The notes under the pieces were generated by a model, which was not told the origin of the DNA, ran no database searches, and worked only from the letters and a program-made list of their open reading frames with translations. The translations under genes and the position numbers were made by a program. 32,028 bases of DNA from a virus, in the UHGV virus genome UHGV-0196822, one strand, 5' to 3'. Below are positions 1 to 6,395 of this stretch, piece after piece. How positions within the stretch are numbered: the first letter of the stretch is position 1; each line of letters starts with the position of its first letter.

Positions 1-99
1 ATACGCTTTCCCAACGCCGAGTTTTTCTCCGAGCTGAGCCATTGTAATCTTGTTATTGTGCATCTTGCCGACCACATCGCCAGTCCATTGTGCAGGCAT
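1..99 (-). CDS. Cro-like HTH regulator, 5' part (gene continues across the circular junction into 31927..32028)
   Basis: ATG at 99 reads MPAQWTGDVVGKMHNNKITMAQLGEKLGVGKAY and continues in frame as VCAILNGRRSPKGAEQRFMAALDELIKEKEEDK* from the window end (66 aa). XRE-type HTH pattern, divergent from CI, first gene of the lytic operon. Confidence 0.88.
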   Translation of the reverse strand, partial: MPAQWTGDVVGKMHNNKITMAQLGEKLGVGKAY

Positions 100-130
100 C
101 TAAACTTTTCCCCCTTCTTTATATATTGTG

Positions 131-159
131 TTGCAAAAGTTTACACAAAGTGTTATCAT
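131..159 (+). promoter_or_regulatory. Putative sigma-A promoter for CI (lysogenic)
   Basis: TTGCAA(131-136)-N17-TATCAT(154-159) with TG extension; operator-like motif at 129-146 overlaps it. Confidence 0.6.
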
Positions 160-231
160 ATCCTTGCGAGGAAAAATGAATCATGGCACATTGAGTGCCC
201 GCTTTGTGTTGCGCTTGTTGCTTATGTTTTC

Positions 232-260
232 ATTATAGTGTAAACAAACGCAACAGTCAA
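232..260 (-). promoter_or_regulatory. Lytic (Cro) sigma-A promoter
   Basis: Minus strand reads TTGACT-gttgcgtttgtttacac(17 nt)-TATAAT, a near-perfect consensus. The spacer is the operator motif. Confidence 0.85.
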
Positions 261-318
261 GACGCAGTTGTTCCTTTTGTTTACTTTCTGCTATTTGCAC
301 AAAAAGGGTGTGTTGCGT

Positions 319-636
319 TTGTTCTATATCAACTATGTTGCTCTTTGTAATAAAATTGGGAAGTCCCCGTCTGCTGTCGCCGAAGAAATGGGGTTTATGC
401 GTTCCGTGGTTACGCGGTGGAGCAAAGGGACAATTCCAAGGCAGGCAACATTGCAAAAGGTTGCTGACTACTTCGGCGTAAGCGTGGATTACCTTTTGGG
501 GAAAGAAAAACAGCCCACCGAAGGTGAGCTGTCCGGTATTCGGAAAGACCTTATGGATTTCGCAGATACTTTGACAGATGAGAAAATTGAGAAATATCTT
601 CGTCTAATGAAAACTTTAGAATCCGAAGATATTTAA
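319..636 (+). CDS. CI-like phage repressor (XRE HTH, short C-terminal helix, no S24 peptidase domain)
   Basis: SPSAVAEEMGFMRSVVTRWSKG..PRQATLQKVADYFGVSVDYLLG is a classic XRE HTH. Probable TTG start at 319 behind aaagggtg (ORF track opens at 268). Confidence 0.88.
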   Translation: MFYINYVALCNKIGKSPSAVAEEMGFMRSVVTRWSKGTIPRQATLQKVADYFGVSVDYLLGKEKQPTEGELSGIRKDLMDFADTLTDEKIEKYLRLMKTLESEDI

Positions 637-694
637 CAAGCTGCTCGTCAGACATCCGTTCCACCGCCTTTTTGAATTCCTCCTTTTTCTCCAT
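551..694 (-). CDS. Small 47-aa protein antisense to CI 3' end; putative CI C-terminal mimic / anti-repressor
   Basis: AGGAGGA RBS 6 nt before ATG(694). MEKKEEFKKAVERMSDEQLVKYLRILKFSLDEDISQFSHLSKYLRNP* resembles the CI tail ADTLTDEKIEKYLRLMKTLESEDI. Function is inferred. Confidence 0.7.
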   Translation of the reverse strand: MEKKEEFKKAVERMSDEQLVKYLRILKFSLDEDISQFSHLSKYLRNP

Positions 695-882
695 TGGTGT
701 TCCTCCTCTTTTGTCGATTATTGTAAAATAAAAATCCTTCCAAATTCAGCATGTATTTGGTACAATTCAATTGTAACAAATTGTATTGCCAATATGTACT
801 GACAAATGTTGCGGTTTCGGCGCAAAAACTGTCATGTTTTTCGGACAAAAGTGTCCGGTAACAAAAAACAGGAGATGAGTTT

Positions 883-1293
883 GTGAATTCAGACGAAGAA
901 AGAAATTGGGATAACTTTTTATTGGAGGTAGCCACAAAACGGCAGGAGCATGGAATGACCCACAAGGATTTGGCCGACAATGCCGGGACAGTTGAGAGGA
1001 CGATATCCCGGCTACTTTCGGAGCCGACCAAGAATCCGAGCCTTTTTCTCGTTGCTTCCATCTGCCAAGCGCTGCACATATCTCTCGACAAGCATTTCGT
1101 GAAGGAAGTCTATAACAAAACAGACAGCCAGAACAGCGAAGAAATGATAGAGGTTCTGAAAGAGCAGGTGCGCCAACGCCGGAAACTGTCCAAAACACTC
1201 TTCGCAGTTATTTTTGTCCTGCTGGCGATGATGATTTTATACCTCGTCCTAATCGATGCAAATAACCTTAACTACGGTTTAATTCGGGATTAA
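883..1293 (+). CDS. XRE-family HTH protein with C-terminal transmembrane helix
   Basis: GMTHKDLADNAGTVERTISRLLS..NPSLFLVASICQALHISLD HTH; hydrophobic LFAVIFVLLAMMILYLVLI; aggag RBS before GTG. Confidence 0.8.
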   Translation: MNSDEERNWDNFLLEVATKRQEHGMTHKDLADNAGTVERTISRLLSEPTKNPSLFLVASICQALHISLDKHFVKEVYNKTDSQNSEEMIEVLKEQVRQRRKLSKTLFAVIFVLLAMMILYLVLIDANNLNYGLIRD

Positions 1294-1306
1294 GAACAGA
1301 TGTTCT
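1293..1306. promoter_or_regulatory. LexA (Cheo/SOS)-type box
   Basis: AGAAC-AGAT-GTTCT matches the Firmicutes GAAC-N4-GTTC consensus; adjacent to promoter-like elements at 1312-1340. Confidence 0.65.
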
Positions 1307-1311
1307 TTCCA

Positions 1312-1340
1312 AATATAATCGTACACCGTAAAGTGTACAA
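1312..1340 (-). promoter_or_regulatory. Putative leftward promoter overlapping the SOS box region
   Basis: Minus strand TTGTAC-N17-TATATT. Also a + strand TATAAT at 1314-1319 and palindrome gtacac-N6-gtgtac at 1321-1338. Confidence 0.45.
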
Positions 1341-1364
1341 TAATCAGTACTGGAGGAGACGACC

Positions 1365-1913
1365 ATGGAGGAAATGGAGAAAACAACACCAGAGATCAAG
1401 CCAAAGAAGAAAAAAACGATGGTAACAGCAATAATCCTAATTGTTATCATAATTGCAATCATCGGAGCGCTTGCCGGTGGAGAAAAGGATAAAGACAAAC
1501 AGGACAATCAGCAAAATCAGCAGCAACAGCAAGAGGGGCAAAACACGGAAGTGGATATGTCCGTAGTCGCTTCGGCCATAAAAACTGTGCTTGATAAAAA
1601 TGCAGAGGGCACAGGGATTGAGTACTCTTTAGAATACGATGACACCGGTCTTGTTATAGCAGCAAAAGCGTCAGGAGTAGCTGCAGAAGTGGCGCAAGCA
1701 AAAGCGGACGGATACGACGATACATACGAGCCATGGGTAACAATGCGTGAAAGCATGGTTAAGCTGTGCAATTCGATATCCGATGCCGTAGAGACGCTTG
1801 GCGCAAAGGATAAATATGTAACAGTCACAGTGGTCAACGATGCCAATGAGGACAACACCCTCTTGATGATTATGAACGGCGTGGTTGTATACGATGTAAT
1901 GGCAGAAAAATAA
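1365..1913 (+). CDS. Membrane-anchored acidic exported protein (superinfection-exclusion-like by position)
   Basis: Basic KPKKKK, then TM VTAIILIVIIIAIIGALA, Q-rich linker and acidic domain; ggagga RBS; lies between repressor and integrase. Confidence 0.7.
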   Translation: MEEMEKTTPEIKPKKKKTMVTAIILIVIIIAIIGALAGGEKDKDKQDNQQNQQQQQEGQNTEVDMSVVASAIKTVLDKNAEGTGIEYSLEYDDTGLVIAAKASGVAAEVAQAKADGYDDTYEPWVTMRESMVKLCNSISDAVETLGAKDKYVTVTVVNDANEDNTLLMIMNGVVVYDVMAEK

Positions 1914-1944
1914 AAAAACACCGCCCCCGGCAACGAGGGCGGTT
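1914..1944. terminator. Intergenic hairpin / terminator before integrase
   Basis: A-run followed by accgccc-loop-gggcggt; T-tail on the minus strand. Confidence 0.5.
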
Positions 1945-1963
1945 GTCTATCAGGAGGAGAAAA

Positions 1964-3049
1964 ATGAAAGAAAGGACAAATACGGCAAGGTGGCTTGAGA
2001 AGCAGAACCGCTGGCAGATCGCCGTCCAGAAAGATGGCGTAAGAAAAACATTTACAAGCAGTCGGCCGGGAAGGGAAGGGCAGCGGGAAGCAAATCGCAA
2101 GGCTGATGAATGGTTGTCCTCTGGCATCAGTGGAACCAAGCTGCGCCTGTCAGAGCTGCACGAAAGCTATATGGAGCAGCTGAAAACGCATACAACAATA
2201 AGTAACTGGCGTCCAGTCGACGCACGGTGGCGGAAGTGGATAGACCCGCAGATCGGGCACATGAAAGCATCTGCACTTTCAGACGCCGTGCTGCAGCGCG
2301 TGGTTGACCATGCGTATCAAGAGGGGCAGCTATCCAAAAAGACCCTCAACAACATAAAAGCAGATCTTACCTCTTTCTGCAAATATCTCCGCAAAGCGAA
2401 AGTGAGCAATTACACTCCGGAGGATATAGCTATCCCCAAAAGCGCGAGGGCAAGCAGGAAGAACATCTTGCAGCCGGAGCATGTCATTAAACTTTTTGCC
2501 GAAGATACGACAACGCTTTATAATAAGCGCATAGTCGACCCGTTGGTGAATGCTTACCGCCTTGAAGTCCTTACCGGTCTGCGCCCCGGAGAGCTGCGCG
2601 GCTTGATGCGCAATGATATTGATTTAGAAACGGGGAAAATCATCGTCAGACGCTCCATAAACGAATACGACGAAATCACTACAGGCAAAAACGAAAACGC
2701 TGTACGCGCCGTTTTCGTCGGCGAGATGGGCAAGGAGGTTTTGAAGAACCAGCTCGCCCAATCAAACGGGCTGTATCTCTTTGATGTAAAGAGGGGAGAG
2801 CACTACCGCAGAAGCTGGAAAAGGTATTGTGAAGCAAATGATATCCCACAGACAACGCCTTATGAGCTGCGGCACACATTTGTCTCAATGGCACAAGCGC
2901 TGCCGGAGGGTTGGGTAAAGCAGCTGGTCGGGCATTCCAAGAGCATGGATACATTCGGGGTTTACGGGCACGCTGTTGCCGGAATGGAAAAGCAGATAAC
3001 AAGCGCTCTTGATGATGTTTTCGGCGGTATTTTGGCTACGCAGGAATAA
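1964..3049 (+). CDS. int: Tyrosine recombinase (phage integrase)
   Basis: TGLRPGELRGL, YELRHTF, LVGHS, and catalytic Tyr in FGVYGH; aggagg RBS before ATG at 1964. Confidence 0.95.
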   Translation: MKERTNTARWLEKQNRWQIAVQKDGVRKTFTSSRPGREGQREANRKADEWLSSGISGTKLRLSELHESYMEQLKTHTTISNWRPVDARWRKWIDPQIGHMKASALSDAVLQRVVDHAYQEGQLSKKTLNNIKADLTSFCKYLRKAKVSNYTPEDIAIPKSARASRKNILQPEHVIKLFAEDTTTLYNKRIVDPLVNAYRLEVLTGLRPGELRGLMRNDIDLETGKIIVRRSINEYDEITTGKNENAVRAVFVGEMGKEVLKNQLAQSNGLYLFDVKRGEHYRRSWKRYCEANDIPQTTPYELRHTFVSMAQALPEGWVKQLVGHSKSMDTFGVYGHAVAGMEKQITSALDDVFGGILATQE

Positions 3050-3051
3050 AA

Positions 3052-3268
3052 GTGAGTTATTTTGTGAGTTACAAGGAAAAAGAAAAAGCCCAGTTTTCGC
3101 TTGAAACTGGGCTTTTCTTGTGGCGGAGATGGAGGGATTTGAACCCACACGAAAAATTATGTTATTGCCGCAAAGTGTAGGAATTAAGCGGTTTTTCCGA
3201 CTTTAATTCCGCTAAAAAAAGCATGAAAAACTCACTTTCGGAACAAAAGTGAGTTACAAAGTGAGTTA
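3052..3268. other. attP site with arm-type repeats and tRNA-Ser 3' core
   Basis: GTGAGTTA at 3052, 3064, 3249 and 3261 (two tandem pairs, 12-bp period) and inverted AACTCAC at 3229. Core 3121-3146 reverse-complements to GGGTTCAAATCCCTCCATCTCCGCCA (T-arm, acceptor stem, G73, CCA). Confidence 0.88.
3078..3118. terminator. Bidirectional intrinsic terminator (int 3' end / reconstituted tRNA 3' end)
   Basis: aaaagcccagttt-loop-aaactgggctttt with T-tails on both strands. Confidence 0.8.
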
Positions 3269-3967
3269 TTTCGCAACCGTATCATACTGCTCAATAGCGG
3301 CTAAGATTCTCCCACGCAGCGCCTGCGCGCTGGCGTGTTCGGTTCTGTACTTCTCTTTGATTTCTTCCAGCTCGGCGACCAGCTTATCATAATCTGTCTG
3401 CGGTTTTTCTTCCTCTTTGTAGGCAACGCCGAACCAGTCGCATACACCTTTGCAGAGTGCCTCGGCAATGCGCTTTTTGTTTTGCACAATCCAAATAGCA
3501 TCCTGCCCGTTATCATGGAATGCGATTTCGGGATAGATCGACAGCATGGGAGTTCTGCCGATCTCGTAAAACTCGTCCTTCTGATAGACCCCCCTGTGGG
3601 TGTTTCGGGGGTAAATCTCCATCAGTCTGCGGTAGACCATCTGACAGGCCCGGTCGCTGACGCCCCCGGCTCTGCCGTAGCGCAGGACAGTCGGCCCCTG
3701 TGCAGTCCCTTCTTTCAGGGTGGCCGTGCTTGCGTTGGTATGGATGGGCATATGGAGGTTGGATTTCCAAGCAATGCTTTCGGCTACTCGCTCCTGCATC
3801 GTCTTGTCTGGGGATGCGACCATCACATCAAACCCGCAGCGGGTGAGAGCCTCGGCGCAATAAGCGCCGATCTCTACACACACATCATGCTCGTACACGC
3901 CGGGGAAGCCGTAGTACGGAGCATGGGGAGCCGGTCTGCGTTCGGGGGAAAGATACACTTTAGGCAT
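3266..3967 (-). CDS. Endolysin, N-acetylmuramoyl-L-alanine amidase (Amidase_3-like)
   Basis: YEHD, PIHTNA and YPEIAFHDN motifs, IAEALCKGVCDWFG end of domain; follows holins. Confidence 0.88.
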   Translation of the reverse strand: MPKVYLSPERRPAPHAPYYGFPGVYEHDVCVEIGAYCAEALTRCGFDVMVASPDKTMQERVAESIAWKSNLHMPIHTNASTATLKEGTAQGPTVLRYGRAGGVSDRACQMVYRRLMEIYPRNTHRGVYQKDEFYEIGRTPMLSIYPEIAFHDNGQDAIWIVQNKKRIAEALCKGVCDWFGVAYKEEEKPQTDYDKLVAELEEIKEKYRTEHASAQALRGRILAAIEQYDTVAK

Positions 3968-4286
3968 CTTTCACCACCTCCTCAAGAGGGAATTCCTCCT
4001 CTTTGACCTTTTTCACCATGCCGGTGGTGGCTGCGTCATATGTACCATTAGCAGCCAAAGCGACAATAACAGCGTTCAGCAGGCACAGCACCACGCCCTG
4101 TACCGTCAGAGCAGAGCCGTTAAAGGCTTCGGCTCCGATGAGGATGGCCACAGAGATGATGTAAGCAAGCAGCTGGGTGTTGATGTTCTTGAGAGGGGTC
4201 TGTTTCAAAAACTGGGTGATGATTGTGACCATCATGACTGCACCTGCATAAGTACCAAGGGAAGTCCAAGTTACAAATTCGTTCAT
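3960..4286 (-). CDS. Holin
   Basis: Three hydrophobic segments, charged C-terminus, directly upstream of endolysin; aaggag RBS. Confidence 0.8.
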   Translation of the reverse strand: MNEFVTWTSLGTYAGAVMMVTIITQFLKQTPLKNINTQLLAYIISVAILIGAEAFNGSALTVQGVVLCLLNAVIVALAANGTYDAATTGMVKKVKEEEFPLEEVVKDA

Positions 4287-4288
4287 AT

Positions 4289-4546
4289 TCAAGCTCCTTT
4301 CTTCTGCTCAAGGTTGGTTACTCTTTTATTGAGGGACTTTGTCTGTTCCTCCAAGATGGGGATTCTCTCCGCAAAGCCGTTGTGCCGTCTTACCTCTCTC
4401 GTAAGCTCGTCCAGCTTCTCGTTGGTCACGGCTCGCTCAATATCGGCCTTGTTGTCACGCTCTATGTTACTTTTGTTATTGGTGATAACAACCGCTGCTA
4501 CGGAAGCAATGCCTGTGATTATCGCCACGATTACGCTCGGCTCCAT
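4289..4546 (-). CDS. Small lysis-module membrane protein (XhlA/holin-accessory-like)
   Basis: N-terminal TM followed by coiled coil; upstream of holin. Confidence 0.7.
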   Translation of the reverse strand: MEPSVIVAIITGIASVAAVVITNNKSNIERDNKADIERAVTNEKLDELTREVRRHNGFAERIPILEEQTKSLNKRVTNLEQKKGA

Positions 4547-4550
4547 AGGC

Positions 4551-4709
4551 TTACACCTCCGTATAGGTCGTTTCTACCAGCATCGTCAGTTCGCTGTACT
4601 CGTCGTTTGTAAGTCTATTACAAGCAAAGAACACATCCAGCTTTCCCTGTGCTTCCGCAGCAGTCTTGTAAAACTTCTTTTCAATTAGCTTTTTCATCAT
4701 CTTATACAT
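4551..4709 (-). CDS. Small XkdX-like protein (52 aa, absent from ORF track)
   Basis: MYKMMKKLIEKKFYKTAAEAQGKLDVFFACNRLTNDEYSELTMLVETTYTEV; ggaggt RBS; RLTxDEYxEL pattern; typical post-fibre position. Confidence 0.7.
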   Translation of the reverse strand: MYKMMKKLIEKKFYKTAAEAQGKLDVFFACNRLTNDEYSELTMLVETTYTEV

Positions 4710-4986
4710 TGTTGATTACCTCCAAATCTTCTTGATATTTTTCTTCTACTGCGTCAGCGATTAACTGGAGCATTTCGTTCATCTCTGATTTCGCCTTGGA
4801 GAATTCATCGCCGCCATTCATTGGCTCAACAATAGCGCCTTCAAAGATAGTATCTTCAGGCACTTTCCCAACAACATATTCTGATTCCTCTGGCAAACAC
4901 GGAACATAGCACCCATTTGGGGCCTTCTTTACATATACCAAGGTGTCGGAATAGTATTCCTTGCCTTCTGCCTTGATTTTATACAT
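4702..4986 (-). CDS. Hypothetical tail-associated protein
   Basis: ggaggt RBS; operon-coupled between fibre and lysis genes. Confidence 0.65.
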   Translation of the reverse strand: MYKIKAEGKEYYSDTLVYVKKAPNGCYVPCLPEESEYVVGKVPEDTIFEGAIVEPMNGGDEFSKAKSEMNEMLQLIADAVEEKYQEDLEVINNV

Positions 4987-4988
4987 TG

Positions 4989-5384
4989 TCACACCTCCAG
5001 TATCATGGATTTAATTCTGTTCAGCTCCTCAATCGAAGCATTGAAAAAATCATAGTTCCATAACCAATAGTCATCGTGTTCAGGGCGTTTGTATTTCAGC
5101 AAGGATAAATCATCCCAAATTCTATCCCATCGGTCTTGGTACTTCCCGTCTTTGCGGTTATTAAGCAGTTTAATTATTTCTGCTGTCAGCTTCCCACGCT
5201 CCAAGCCTTTACCATCATCATTCCTTGCGAAATAGCCATAGGCGTTTTGGCTTTTTGTATAGCAAATGGGATTTCCACAATGGCTGATTACATCGTTGGT
5301 TTCATCAAGTTTTGTACCATACGGAATGTTTACTTCACCGCACAAAGCCTTTTGCTTAAAACGGTTAAAACAAATGTAATCCAT
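4989..5384 (-). CDS. Hypothetical phage protein
   Basis: 131-aa ORF directly downstream of the RBP, AT-rich. Confidence 0.7.
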   Translation of the reverse strand: MDYICFNRFKQKALCGEVNIPYGTKLDETNDVISHCGNPICYTKSQNAYGYFARNDDGKGLERGKLTAEIIKLLNNRKDGKYQDRWDRIWDDLSLLKYKRPEHDDYWLWNYDFFNASIEELNRIKSMILEV

Positions 5385-5387
5385 ATG

Positions 5388-6395
5388 TTATACCTTGAAG
5401 CACGGAGCAACACCTGCACTTGAATTCGCATAATATGCGTCAGGATTACCAGCATAATCAACAGCTCTAAACATCTCTCCATTTGGAATATTGGGAGAGC
5501 GTAGAAGCCACCATACTGAATTCGCAAGTAAATCACTGCGATATTTGCGCTTATCATTACCAGCTGCATAATAATCATATTGTTTACAATAAGAACTTTC
5601 CTTATTTGTAGTATTTGGAGATACAGTGCCAAATACTTCATAATGTGTCAGAATGTATATTTTGTCGTCGGTCGATGTTGGAGTGACACCGGCAACTCCG
5701 TTTCCTGTATTATCTGTGTATATCGTAGTGGATTTTAGTACAGATTGTAGGTCACTTGGAAGCGCAGCTTCGATAAGAGGCATCACTATCGTCCTCATTT
5801 TACAGGACTTCCATCCACCAACAGTGGTTCTAGAATCGTTCATCCTTAACGCTATGCTACCTGATGGAACAGAACTGTTGAAAAATCTGTCTATAAGACA
5901 CACATCTTTTCCGTTCTTTGTTGCCTTAAATCCTTGAAATGCTATACCGTTGCCTTCACGCTCGGCGTTATGATTAAAACCAATGATAAATACCCAGGTG
6001 GTGTAATTCGTAAGAGTAAGACCATCAGAGACTTTGCCGTTCATGGTCACTTCCTTGCAGTCGCCGACAGCCCAGAAGTTTGCACCCTCGCCAGCGTCAG
6101 ACATCTGCTTAATTATTGCCCAGCTTGTATCGTTCAGAACATGTGAAGGTAATGCGAGGTCAACTGTGGCAGGAACACGGACTTCCTGCGGGGCAGATAC
6201 CATCGTCCCGTTTGTTGCGGAAACTGTCCACTTGCCCTCCTGTGGGATTTTAAGCCGCGCCTGACCACCAACAGAAACTCCAGTTACTGTCTGAGAGCCG
6301 AGAGTAGCAGTAACGGTCGCCCCGTCAGCGACATTTGCCACAAGCTCAAGGCCGCCACCACCTGCAATAATTGGATTGCCGTAAATTACGCTCAT
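5388..6395 (-). CDS. Receptor-binding / tail fibre protein with C-terminal DUF6273-like (C-type-lectin-fold, DGR-target-like) domain
   Basis: N-terminal beta-sandwich, then LNDTSWAIIK..GD.KEV..IIGFNH..GGW..CKMR and terminal WWLLRSP..FRAV..G..A..GVAPCF. Confidence 0.75.
   Translation of the reverse strand: MSVIYGNPIIAGGGGLELVANVADGATVTATLGSQTVTGVSVGGQARLKIPQEGKWTVSATNGTMVSAPQEVRVPATVDLALPSHVLNDTSWAIIKQMSDAGEGANFWAVGDCKEVTMNGKVSDGLTLTNYTTWVFIIGFNHNAEREGNGIAFQGFKATKNGKDVCLIDRFFNSSVPSGSIALRMNDSRTTVGGWKSCKMRTIVMPLIEAALPSDLQSVLKSTTIYTDNTGNGVAGVTPTSTDDKIYILTHYEVFGTVSPNTTNKESSYCKQYDYYAAGNDKRKYRSDLLANSVWWLLRSPNIPNGEMFRAVDYAGNPDAYYANSSAGVAPCFKV

Larger units (their letters stand above)
129..326. promoter_or_regulatory. 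Operator-like repeats, consensus TGTTGCGTTTGTTTAC (about 5 copies)
   Basis: tgttgcaaaagtttacac 129-146; tgttgcgcttgttgc 207-221; inverted gtgtaaacaaacgcaaca 238-255; tgttccttttgtttac 269-284; tgttgcgtttgttcta 311-326. Confidence 0.7.

Noticed and set aside
58..456. ORFs 58..243 (+) and 181..456 (-)
   Set aside because: Overlap cro, cI and the operator/promoter region; no RBS or recognisable content.
648..1198. Minus-strand ORFs 648..1091 and 767..1198
   Set aside because: Shadows of the HTH-TM gene without RBS; the supported minus-strand gene here is 551..694 in another frame.
3121..3150. Second intact tRNA gene
   Set aside because: Only the T-arm and acceptor 3' strand are present; it is the att core.
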